NCBI GenBank assembly: GCA_051942165.1
Contig: JAVECS010000018.1
Location: forward strand, 1 to 44,448
Direction of reading: 5' to 3'
Length of the DNA: 44,448 nucleotides
From: Circinaria calcarea
Taxonomy: Eukaryota
Each line of letters opens with the position of its first letter. Positions within the stretch are counted from its first letter, which is position 1. This document shows positions 22,951 through 35,800 of this stretch, piece after piece. The position numbers and the translations under genes were made by a program. Under the pieces are notes generated by a model that worked only from the letters and a program-made list of their open reading frames with translations, was not told the origin of the DNA and did no database searches.

Positions 22951-24150
22951 TTATTAAAGGTGACCACAATAGTCTGCGCTCTTCTGCAGTATCTGACGCT
23001 CTAGAAACTTTCTACAGGTATAAATTGACTGCAATCAACTTATCTTACCTTAAAACGCCAACATGGAAGCCTAAATTGGTTAGATAGCCTTCGATTTGCC
23101 ACAAATTTCTCGGACGGCCCATAAAAACAGAACTTTCTCCTTTTCTTGGACGCAGTAGATGGTAAGGAAAACAGCGATTTATTTCAATTTCAGGGCGGTT
23201 TCTCTGAAGAAAAGCTACGCAACTCATTCATGACAAAAAGCCTTACGGTTATAGTGCAGATGAACGGGCCAAAGCTGCCATATATTAGGCCATATCGGCC
23301 CGATCGCTATATGGTGGCGTGTATTTGTTACCAGTCGTTCGACGAAAGTAAAGGCTGCACCATAGTCCTGAAAAAGTTCGTGATAGTCATTGCTCAGCTT
23401 AGCCATAGCCTTTGGCTGCATCGCTCAAGACTGCCTCTGCTGGCAGCTCGCCCTTTTCGAATAAATCCTTCGATGACCATTCAAGACGAGAAGACCGCTG
23501 TCCCCATAATTCCATATACAGCTTAGTTAGCTTAGTTCGGAGGATATGCGGAACCATTCATGCCCGGCTTGTCCGTATCGTCTTCGTCTTCTTGTTGGTA
23601 TGGGCCGTAAGGTCGTTTCTCCGTAATGGCTTACTCCTGGGTGAGGCGGTGCTGTAGATATAAGAATCGGCATTAAGCCATCCAGTCTGGATGCGCCTCC
23701 CTATATTCAATAGATCTATCCCACAATCCCATGAACAAGACCTCTCAGTCTGCCTATTGTCATCTTCCGTAACCGATCCTTTGTTATATTCTCGCATCCA
23801 AGGAGTTTCTAGGTGTCAAGTAGCAGCATGGAATCCCCAAGGATATCCAAGTGCTCGCAAACGACACCGTGGATTAGCGGGCGTCGAAGGTGAGAATTTG
23901 CCTGTGTTAAGTCGTACGCCTTCTCAGATAGTTCCCGTGTCAATCGGGAGATTCTGTTTGGCAATTGTCAAACGTAGGGATTATGCCGTTTTACCAGCCT
24001 GTTCTTCTCTTTGAATCTCCAACTTATGACCTCTGTTTACTCGTGTTAGCTCGTTCGATACCTTAGATAGCTTACTACTCAGGGAAGCTGTCAATTCCCC
24101 AAGGGTACGCTTTGATCGCGATTATAATTTCTCAGGCCAATACATAATAA
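22950..24150 (-). pseudogene. Possible decayed coding sequence of unknown family
   Basis: Successive protein-like - strand fragments broken by stops and frameshifts: LSKVSNELTRVNRGHKLEIQREEQAGK; NRISRLTRELSEKAYDLTQANSHL; AKLSNDYHELFQDYGAAFTFVERLV. Confidence 0.25.
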
Positions 24151-24888
24151 ACACCCATGTAGGACTTTGATCAAAGGAGGAGACGTGCGGCAGAGTAAGA
24201 ACTCGTGAAAAGTTAGGCTCGTCATTAGAAGTAATGGGTATTTTAAAGCTTGGAAAGAAGAAAAAGGGAAGTCATATATAGAGAATTTTTCAATTAAAAA
24301 CCTGTCCGGTCCGAACTGAAAAGTTCAAATCATAAGTCCGGGGGGCTGTCGGAGTGCGGATCGGTGGATCTGCTGAAGGTGGCCACTCCACCGTCTCGAA
24401 TTTATACGTTCGTAATTTATCATTTTTCTTTCTGGAACTGAGCCGTAGTTGTCTTTTTTTGAAATAGATATAGCGAATTAATCATTTCTTTGTTTCTCCT
24501 AGCTCCTGGTAACATGTTCGATTTATAGTCCAAAATTCGTACACTATCGTTTCTAATATAACATTGATAGTCATTGATTGGGTTGCAAAAGCACAAGAAG
24601 CCCTGCCAAGAAATCCTGTGTTTAAACCTTTGTGCAATAGGAGATAGCAAGACTAAGTTAAGCTAGCATATTGGGCTATGAACATTTCAAATTATCTACA
24701 GATTGGAAGCAGTCTTCGTGGACTCAAGAATCAAGTCAACAGCAGTCAAGTAGCACCAAATGTTGAGGAAAAAACGGAATATCCACCTCTAGCCTCTGGA
24801 AACGCCGTGAAATGCAGATGCAAAGGGTATCAAATGGTAGAAAAGTAAACGAAGATTACTCGAATGTGAAGAGTGGGTTGATTCCACC

Positions 24889-26471
24889 TTAACACAAATG
24901 TGCTACCCGCGGGCGGGGCATCTCATCGTCGCTACTGCTTTCTTCCTCGGGCATCTGGTCGAGTAGCTTGTCGATATTCGCATCGTCCCCAAGATCGACG
25001 GAACCCAGAAGCCCATTGTGTTTTGGTCGTACACTAGTGTTGTTATCATTTGCTGCGAAGCCGACTTTCTTCACTCCGGCTTGGAAGTCGCTCCGTAAAG
25101 GCGTACCGGGTAAATGACTGCTCGCGGGCCGGTGCTGAGTATTGCCAGGACTCGACATAAAAAGTAACGTTTCTATGGCGTCCGTCTCCATTGCTGACAC
25201 CTTTTCACTCGGTGTCTTAATAGCTGGTGGCCGCCTCTGTGGTGGTGTGGCTGGCATAGTCGGTTTGATGGATGATCTAGAAGACGCGCTGAGATTACTT
25301 AGGCCTCGAGTATTCGAAGGTGGCGGTTGAGTGTGGGATGTATTCGGACGACGAGAGCTCCGAGTACCACTATCGAATGGCGGTGCGAGTAAAGGTGTTT
25401 GTGTCGGGAAATGGTAGTGCGGATACTTGGTTGAATGACCGTGTTGTTCCCGACGACCCTCTGATAATATGCCAGTCGATTGCATCTGCGGCGAATAAGC
25501 TGGGTGAAGGTCCTTTGCGTATGGTGGATCGTGGCCGATAGTGTAAGTAGGTGCTTGCAACGTCTGATTTGGAGGAGCGGTGGAACGCTCTGACGACTGG
25601 GCAAACCCACTCCGGTCTCGATAAAGATCCATCACATCGAGTTGGGGAGAGACAAACGGCTGTTGCGAAGGCGGGGCCGTAGCTACGGGCGATGTCTGCT
25701 GTGAGGCTAGGCTTTCGACCTCATCAATGGTGCGGGACTGCCATCCATTTTGTACTTTGACCATAGCATAAGACAAACGCGTGCGCAGCTGTGCAGATAA
25801 CTGGAAATCACGGGTCAGGCCACGTTCATCGTAAACGGGCTTGAATAACTCACCTCTCCGACCTGGCTACCGTTCGAGGCGGTACTTGTATGTCGGGAAT
25901 GACCACGAGGGACAGTATCCACAGGAGATGTCGATAAGCTCAAACTCGGAGACTTGACATATCCACTGGAAGTCCGCTTGTGGCCATGAGTAATACCTAC
26001 TTTGTGCTTGTTCGCAGTCGAGTGCGACGCCTGGTCGGGGGCAGTCAGCGTGGGTCGCGATGGCGCTTCGTGCTCTTGAGAAATCGCGTGCGACACGGAT
26101 AAATCTCCATTACGACTGCCATCATGAGGGAGCCGGGTTTCTTGCGAAAACGGGGGCGATGGAGGACTTGGATGCCGCCTCAGCAGCTTATCGACAGATG
26201 ATTGGGAGGTGCCAACGGATGATGGGTGAAAGTGCGATGCCTGACTGGCGGAGGAATTATCGAGCGACGATGTTTGGGAGTCGGGTAGGGACAAGGACGG
26301 GTCTGAGGATGCATCGAGTGCCGGATCAGTGTCTTGGGTGTCCCCGTCCAGATCTGCGCGACAGTCAGCTCGTGCCTGTGTCCCCGTCCCCGTCGCCGGA
26401 TGTTCATTGCTGAAAGACCGACCCTGCCCCTCCTGCCCCGCGGTGCTTCGAGTGGTGACTGCGGCAGGCAT
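24889..26471 (-). CDS. Whi5/Nrm1-family G1/S transcriptional repressor
   Basis: Exons 26471-25854 and 25800-24889 (GTGAGT..CAG). The splice joins ..SQVGE|LSAQLRTRLSYAMVKVQNGWQSRTIDEVE, the Whi5-like (GTB) motif. Also AIETLLFMSSP and many S/T-P sites in an otherwise low-complexity protein. Confidence 0.85.
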
Positions 26472-26991
26472 GATTGTGATGGACGGTATCCTGCCTCGTG
26501 CATGCAGCGAGCTGTCAGCCCACGGACCAATGCTGCCGTGACTCTGGATCGGGTCTGACTGTCAACTGAACAGTGCTCTCGGAAGGCGGTGGGGTGCAAT
26601 GGAGCTGAATGTCGCTGGCCGACGCGCACGCCAAAACTCCAGTCGCGTAGCAGTAGCCGTCCTTGGCCAAAGTATGAGGGGTATGCTCGCAATGACGATC
26701 GTCTGTTACAGAGAGGAATGCCTGCACTTTTATATACATCTGCACTCAGAGATCGCTGTCCCACGTCGGAAAAGGACACTGTCATTCATACTCAGACGAA
26801 GGAGGCAACCCGTCTTGACGTGACATTCACACCTTTCCCCGGCTCCGTCCCTACCGGATTACGTGTTTCCATGTGCGTGTCCCGGTACGCGATCTCGCGC
26901 ATCATGTGACTAGGACAAGTCAAGCCTGGAGGAATCAACGCTGTGATAATATATACAAGGTAGGCCTTTGGGGTATCATGAACGCGTCTTG

Positions 26992-29235
26992 TTACGGTCT
27001 TTCGCTCTCGTTCCACACATTCCGATCATCTAGGTCTCCATACTGTGAAGTCGCTTTGCTTGCCTGTCCATCTGCCCCGGCATTGTCCTCCCCCTCCTCC
27101 TCCTCGTCGTCGTCTCCCACAGCAAAGTTGGAAACTCCCGCTGTAGGTTCGTCACTTGGTTGGAAACCGCTTCGTACGGCCTCACCCCGGTTCTCGTCAT
27201 CATAGACCCTTCTACAGTAGGGGTTAGAACTTCGTCTGGGGCAGCGCATAGGATGCAACTCACATAAAGTGCTTTGGTTCTGTCTCATTCCACGCCGCGC
27301 CGCCCTCTTTGCGAGCCCGGACCCGTTCCACTTCCTCGGCGTCCTTGTCTTCCACCATCAGATCCACCAATTGGCTTCTCGCCGATCCACCCGACGAGCT
27401 TGACGATGAAGACTCCTCTTGGATCAGACCGCCTAGCAAAGGGATCCGGGGCCGAGATTTCGAGCGTTTCCTATCATCCAGCCGGGAAGTGATGTGATGC
27501 TTGCCCTGGTCGAGATCTTTTTGAATATTACTTTCACGTCTCTTCTGATTTGCCTTGGTTGGTTGAAGTAGGTTTCGGTTGGTGGACGTGGTGAGTATCC
27601 CATGCTCGTCCCCAAGCCATCTTTCGCTGGAGGGGATATGCGCCGTGATCACAGGGTACTGGTATAATTAGCAAAAGAATACCCAGCCTTGGTGAAGGGA
27701 CTCAGCTTACATTCCAATCGCCAAACTCTAGAACCCTGGCGCTGGCAAACAGCCTCTCATCTTCCGGGTCTATCTTCCCACCGTCAAGATCATCGGAGCT
27801 TCTGTCGTCGTCTGATCTACTCCCTGTCCTCATTGGGCTTATTGGTCGGGCACCACTTGGGCCTGATATGGCCCCTAGTAAAGGTGTACGACTGTTAACC
27901 TCACCTGGTTTCGGTATCCAATATTTGCCTTTCCCTCCTCGCTCGTATCTCATGCCTTCCATCATGCGAGCCTCCCGAGAGGCAGACTCCTCGTGCCCAA
28001 GAACATTATCCTCGGAATCAAAAATCCTATATTCATAGTTTTTGCCCCCGAAAGTTTCTTTGGTGTCTTCGATAAGATCTCTTATACCAAAGGCATCTCT
28101 AAATGCGTATTTAACGGGCATTCGAGCTGAGGATATTGTAACGTCGGCATAATCGTGCCATGAGAAGGCGTACCAATGCCCAATTGCAAAGATTGGCATC
28201 TCACAACAAATCAGAGCATCCTGAATAGCAGCTGCGAGATTGTCTGCCGTGTACCCTTGGACATCGTTCGGAATGGCTCCTAGGAACTGTAATATGGAAA
28301 GGAAGAATCCTTGCCAGTAAGAAGCAAAGATAATCAACTTAATACAGAGAAATTTAGGAACTGGCCGGAAAGGGTGTAGGTCTTCCGACATGCAAACCCA
28401 GAACATTGCCAAAGAATAGAGGCTCAAGGTGACACTTGCATTGTACAAAATACCGCTCCAAAGGTAGCCAGATGTAAGTCCCAAATAGCCCTCTTGATAA
28501 GTGTCGGTAGCTTTCATGATAATTGTAGCAACGCTAAGTATTGGCTTCAGATATGCATATTGCAAGATTCCCCGTTTGATAGCGAGAAATGTATGAGGAT
28601 CGGAAATGTCAACTTTTGGGAAGCAATGGCTTAGCGGCCAGGGATGATGGACGGGCTGGCGGCCATTCATCATGATGATCAGGGCACGTTCGCCGCCGAT
28701 GAAGTTGATGAGAAGCTGAAAGAACGTGTAGATAGTAAAGGCCTTTTGCCATCTGTAAGCCATTGCATGGTGACGGACTTGCCGGACAGCTATAAACAAA
28801 CCTCATAGATGTCCCTAAGAGGATCGAGGTAGAAGGCTGCCTTGAGGGACATAATACTACCCCAAGAGGACGCAGAGTATATGGGAACCCTTAATGTGGT
28901 CAGAACAATATAGCTGACTGTGGAACCGGGTGACGTACATAAGCAAAATCCGGATCACATATCGCTGAAGAAGTGGTTTCCGATAGTTCTTCCTGTTCTG
29001 ATTGTCATTTTGCTGATGGGTACGTGAGATGTAGGGAGAGGTACGTTTGCAACCAGATGGAACTGGAACCACCCGATTAGCCCAAAGCATATCATATACC
29101 ACAGCATGCTTTGCAAGGCAAGGACTTGACCTACATGAAAGATATAATTGATGCCGTAAGAGCCATGACACCGCAGACAATAACCGTCGCTCTGGTGAGC
29201 TTCGAGCCCGTCCCCTGACTGGAAGCTACATCCAT
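26992..29235 (-). CDS. HFL1: TMEM184/OST-alpha (DUF300) family membrane protein, Hfl1-like
   Basis: Exons 29235-29135, 29062-29045, 28992-28939, 28889-28802, 28742-27711, 27658-27264, 27211-26992. Motifs KNYRKPLLQRYVIRILLMVPIY, RDIYEAFTIYTFF, PKFLCIKLIIFASYWQ, FGDWNYPVI. Confidence 0.9.
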
Positions 29236-29887
29236 CGTGAAGCCCTCCGGTCGATGGCCAACGCCAAACTATCGAGTACTCCAAGGATCCACGAAGGAGA
29301 TGATAGATATTGAAGGTGCGATCTCAGGCTTCCATAGATGAGGAACGTTTAACCCAACGGTCAAACGAGCGCAAGGTGGTGCTGCAGAGTTTGGATCGTT
29401 GTTGAAAATGAGAATGTCGTTATAGATACCATACCAGTCAGTTTCACAAGCCACAGCCTGGGAAACCATATGACGCAGGCCATCAGACTAAAGCCACCCA
29501 AACCCTTGTTTTGCGGGGGATAGCCCGTGTCAGAGTATTATATGGCACGCCATTTAACAGGGTGTATATTGTGTCATTATTCCTACACTAGGGGCCATTC
29601 GTCGTCACTAAGTTTGTGATGGCCCGTCGAGCTTAGGGCATGACAGCACTAACGATTAACTCTAACAAAGCCCCGTAGTGCTTCGGATCGGGCTTACCCT
29701 GTCGGATACTGTCCTCCGAAGCTGTCTATTTCACCCATGTTTCTAGACGAATGGTTAAGTTCCGCATTCATTGACTTTGTTTGTCAGGCTGAGGGACTCA
29801 GCCGTGGCTGTTAAGATCATGCGGGGACAGTTGTATCTACATGCGAGATGATAATGAGTGGGACCAGTGTTCACGGCGGGCAAAAGC

Positions 29888-32800
29888 ATGGCGGGTGGGG
29901 AGCTGAAGGCGCAGGTCCTTCCTGCGCGTCATTTTGACTGGTCAGTGACCAGTGAGGATGTTGTTATACCTTCCACATCTCACAATGTACCTAGGGTTTT
30001 CTTGGTCGAGTTATTGGGGTTCGGTGCCGTGTAAGTTGCCCATTCTCTTGAGTGCAAATAAGGCGCTAATTATTTACAGGACTCTTGTATTCCTCTTTTG
30101 GTTCAATCGCATCTTCGCCTTCATCGTCTCACATGGTATTCGAGCCTATACCTGGCATACTCATCGAGTCTACATCAGCTTTCAGGCCTTGCAGGTTTCG
30201 TTGCTTGCAGGCCGTATATTTTTCAAAGGAGCACGCTATCATGGGCACAATGAAACAATACTCATAAACGATGGATACATCACATGGCGGTACTGGCTCC
30301 GTCGGACCAAGGAGGCTGATGTTAGGGACCTGGGACAGGAGAGGAACAACAACAACCGTTCTACAAGGCTTGGCGGTGGTCCTGAGGTAAGCGGAGGGGA
30401 GCAGGGTGAAACGGTCGTTCAACATGAACTTCCTTGCCGGATCCTTATTGAGGTCCGAGGACTAGAATGGTTTGTTTACAACCGGAGCCCGGCATATGAT
30501 GCAATTTTATCGAATATACCGACGACAGCTGCAGCAAGTAGTTCATCTGAGCTGTCAGAGGAAGGACTCAACTCACAAAATGAAGATAACGTTTCAACCT
30601 CTCAAGACTCTTGCAACTATCCTGAAAACGAAAAGGTTTCCGGTAGCTTCATCAACAAAAACAATTCTGCGGATAAAGTTGACGATTCAGTCTTCTTTCA
30701 GGAAAAGACAACGCCCGTCCGAGTAGAGACTGGTGACACAGTTCGGAGCCATAGTGAGTCTGACAAGCCCTTACCTAGCTTTTTGAGCGTCTTGCCAATT
30801 GGAGTGGAATGCGACCGAGGAGCTATTGTCGTAGGAAACGAAAATACGAAGAGTGTTCTGATAGCTAAGTTCGAGCGAGCTAAGGGCGAGATCGGTGCGC
30901 AAGGCTGCCAGAGGATGGATTTATATCGTCAGACGTTCGACTTCGACATCACCCATCCGGTGGTGCAATTGAAGTATAACAAAGAATACAAGGAAACTCA
31001 GATGGCATCTGCAGTAAGGTCAGGACGGCCCATGAATGACAATCTGGTGGTTCGACCTGCTACGAGTATTCGCTTCTTTTACCGGAATACCAAACACCGA
31101 GTCTTTCACGTTCTATCAGGTTTAATTCCAACCTTTCGCAGGTCCGTTGAATCTCTAACTCCAGACTTGCACCATTTAGGAGATTCAAACCCCCGTGAAC
31201 CCGGGACTGAAGGTGCAGCCCAAAATAAGTGGCTCGGCCTGTCTCGGTATCTCGATGAAGATGATGACGGGCTATTTGAACATGAGCGCTGGAAAGCAAC
31301 CGAGTATGCCAGCTTCGAAACCATCATAGACTCTCCAAGTGTTGGTCTGAGCTTTTTCTGGGATATTCCTGGGCCCGTTTTAGGATCTAGCGCAGATCTT
31401 GATGGGTGTTTAACTGGTTTTGAGAAGGATATAAATGGAAGTAGACCACCAGCTTGGCAAATTGACTTGCGATTGGGTGGCGGTAATATCAACTACGGAC
31501 CGTGGGCGGACCGCCAACGTGCTGACCTGCAGACTTACTTTTTCCCAGCGCCGTTCAAAGATGTCCCAGTTGCAGTGCCCTTGAAGCCCGGCCAGACCAG
31601 AGTGGCTACAGTCTTCACGTTGCGCGTTGAGATCGAGAGCCATACTACTATTCGAATACCTACTAGGGAAGGATCTAAAGATTGGAAATGGAAGAACAAC
31701 GTGATGACCCGGGAAGGTTCTGTGTCAAAAAGCAAACTTCGAAGGCAACTTACTAAAAGCAAAAACAGCGAGAAGCACTCAGTCAAATCCGAAGTCCGCC
31801 CTCCCGGATGGTTGGATATGACTGTCTCGCAGAATACTTGTGTTACCTATAATATGGACATGGTCGCCTCTGGAACAGGGTTCCGTAGTAAGCTGGAGCT
31901 TGACATTGTGACTCCAGAAATCTCCAGTAGCGTCAACCATGGATTACTCTTGCGGTCGAAGTCGCAAACAATCTTTTGTGACCTTTCATCACCTCTCAAA
32001 TGGAATGCTCAGCGGAACTGGCTACTCGATATTACGAGCGATGAGTTGGAGCTTTTCATTCTTCGAGACCACATATTCTTACTGACCGATCTCGTCAATG
32101 ATTGGACTACAGGACCACCAGGAGAGTTTCATACATTTGTTCCCTTCATTTATTCCATGCAGCTCCAACTACCAAATTTCCAAATCTACCTGAACGCCAA
32201 TGACTCTAATATTATCAACAATCCGTCAAATGTTGATGATAATACCTTCGTCGTGGTTTGGGGTCAGAAACTAACCACGAACCTCTCCATACCTCTCAAA
32301 GAATATCGGCCGACGACTAGTAAAGTTACCTTTGATATCGACGCGTCTCATGGTGGCTTCAAACTTCACACACCACTCTGGAATACACAGCGTACCTTCC
32401 TGGACACGTCTGAGGTTGCCACTCTGAAAGACCTCCACATAGATGGTTCTTACAATTATTTCACGTCGACGTCACCTAATTTAACAGATACCGTGCTGCT
32501 AAACGTTCATGGCTTTGCGCCCTCAATCAATCTTTACGGATTTCTCGTTCGATACTTTATGAAACTAAAGGACAATTACTTCGGCGAGGACCTTCATTTT
32601 CAGACATTAGAAGAGTACCAAGCCAGGATTTGCGCTCCCACCGTCATCGAAACTGCCAACGTTGATGGAGGCGTCAACGGCAGGTTAAGCAACGATCTAG
32701 ACGTAATACTCACGGTGATGGCTCAAAATTCAAGCCTCATGCTTCCTGCAAATCTCTATTCTGCAGAGCAAAACGTGAAGATCGAGGTGTCGTCGATCCT

Positions 32801-35800
32801 ACTAGACTTGAGGTTCACAAACTATTATATGGACCTTGAGGTATCTTTCACTCCACTTGCCATCTCCTGCACTAATCCTGAAGACCCTCATGTCTCCTCC
32901 AACCCCGCATATTCAAATACTCAGGCATTCGTAGATGGCATTGCTGTCTCCGGGCATCGCTTGTTTGGGCTGCCCCCAGTTGAGCCTACATACGTTTGCA
33001 ATTGGGACTTTGATGTTGGTAAAATAGTTGGAGAATGCTCGACCGGATTCATTTATAACCTCGTGTCTGCGCTTCGATGCTTTGCCTTCACATTCAGTGA
33101 TAACGAGAATGCCCTTCCGCCGCATAGGCCGATTGTAATTCACGACGTTACGTTCCTTCGTGCAACAGTCCAGCCCATCTGCCTATGGATTCATATAGAG
33201 CATGCTGCATTTCTATTCAAAACCGAAACAGTCTACTTCAACTTTAACGACTGGGCTGGAACTCGCTTTTCAAACCGTCTCCACATGACCGTACCAGAAC
33301 TAATTCTAGCATGTGTTGACAACCAGACAGCCTCTCGGCATCGTAGTGGACGAGAGTACGATGTCATCACTCATGCCTACATGCAGACCTCAGTTGATAT
33401 ACGAATGGTCTCGACGAACCCTCACTTTGCGGAGGACCAACAACTTCAGCAAGATCATATCTTTACCCATGATGCAAGGACAGAACGGACTACTTGGCTA
33501 CTTGTAGATTCAGTGCACAATAAAAGAGCTAGACCGCTAGAGCAGAATGCTAAACCTCGACCGGCTACAATGCCTTATCCCCCAATGCCGGAGCCCGTCT
33601 ATACTCCCCAAGAAGGTTACATGGATGTCTCAGAGAACTCATCTAATACCGTGTATAAGTCAGTCCACAGAAAAACTGCTCGGCGACAGGGCTCATTCTT
33701 AACGACCGTTTCTTCAAGGCAGAGATCAAGAACATCGGTTGCCAAAGAAGAAGGCTCAGATCTTACTACAAAGGAGTCAAGTATTCGTAGTCGTGAACCT
33801 AGAAATCTTTCTGGTCTGACGCATGCAAGGTTTGCAGCAGCCTCACCGACTTTGAGGAACACATATTCGCGGCAGGTGTCTTTTCAAAGTGTCTCTGGGA
33901 TGTGTACACTGGGCGGAGTAGGCCCACCTCCTTCTACGGTCACATTCTCCAGCTCGTATGAGGCGCCGTACTATCCTCTTCAAAATGTTAATCCCAATAC
34001 TCAATATGTGCCAGAAATACACGGTTATAGCGATGGCGACAATACCTATGGGAATATTCCGCTTGAACAGGAGTTGCCGGAGCCACAAGACGAAGACACA
34101 AAGAATACGGCAATAAGTATGTGCCTGGGAACTGGAATAAAGGCCTACTGTACGCCGGAAGCCCTTGGATACGTCAATTGTTTTCTGGGTGGACTATTAG
34201 CTAAAGAACCTGCGGCAATTCTCGATAGTATCCAAATGAGCGTTATGGCAGATGTACCTTCACAGCAGCCAGATACTCCCACTCCGAAATCCGTACAGAT
34301 TAGACTCCAGTTACCATACGCTTCCGTGAGGTTCATCAACCAGCTTACCTCCGAAGTTACAAGACAACAGTTGATAGAGCGGCAATATTACGATGTCAAT
34401 GCCTTACATCTAGTTCTTACCGCAAAGATGGTTGAATCAAGCAGACGAGATCCATTAGCTAATCCAAGTCATGGATTGCTAATACATATCGACCTAGAGC
34501 AATTGTGCCTATCCGCTAGATCTAAAGTGGAGGCACAAGTAGCTGATCAGGCTCAAGTCAATGTGGCTGTGTCCAATCTGTCAACGTGGCTGGTGATCGA
34601 CCCAGGAATAACGGCAGAAATTCAATTCGAGAGCCTTGCGGTTGTGAGCTCCAATCGTCAAGTAGAATCTCTCGCATCTCTTCTCAACATTACTACGACT
34701 ATGGTGGAGAGGCTCGTGATGGCATTCCAGAGGACCACTACCCAATATAAACGTCGACGGCAGCAACTTATTTTCCTGTTGGCAACGAGCGAAACTGAAA
34801 TACCCGATCCGTCGTTCCTGACGAGTGCGTCGTATGTTTTACGCAGTGCCTTCAGCCATCTCCGATTCAGCGACTCTTGGAAGTTGATCTCGCGCATTCG
34901 TTATGTCCAGCAATCTCTTGCTCGATCTAGTCGCCAAGAGCATCTACTGCGCGTGCTTCGAGACCAACCTGTTTGTCCCGATGATGCATGGGGCCGAGTC
35001 ATTGCAAGTTTTAAACAGTGGCGAGGTTGGGACTTGGCACACCTTGAACAGAATAAGCTACTACTCAATATCTATGGGCCTAGGCCAGCTCCGAAGGGCG
35101 GTCCGCGAAACTCCTCGACTGAGTTTATCAAGGCTATGATCAAGACTAGTGAACTTCGTTTGGTAATAGATCCTGGACCTGGACAAAATGAACTCGCTAT
35201 CTTGAATCTCGTTGCTGGTTTTGGGTCTGATCGAACAGAATTTCCAAATTCTGGAGCCAACGGCCATCCAACCAAGCCAGCATTGAGAAAAACAAATGTG
35301 GAAGTTTTCTGCGTTCAGTTTACCACCCATCTAAACTGGGATGTATGCCAGTTAGCCGAGGATATAGTGCAGCATTTCCAGAGTACATCTATAGCTCAAT
35401 GTGACACTGTACCCCCATTGGACCTCCAGCGGGATATCCACAGCATCCACACGGTGGTAGTCGTAGGGACTGGCTCGTTTCGTTTCAACTGCATCAACCT
35501 GCAACTCGCTTCACTCGGTCGAAACCTGAAGGCATCGATGCTAATGTCAAGTGGGACCTTCCAGGAAACGCTCATTAACGGCCTTATTAGTGCAGAAGTA
35601 ATTACATCAGATATCTCGAGTCAATCTAGGCTTCTTATACTCTCAGAGTTACTAAGTCCCACCATCCTGGCATCTCTTACTCGTGCCCCAACACGTCCCA
35701 GCGGTTGGAAGCTCGCAGCCTCTTGCAGTCACTGTTTTCTCGACGTCAGAGAAGACCCTCTAGGCTTACTTGGGATAGCAGATCTTGTTGTTGGCGACGA

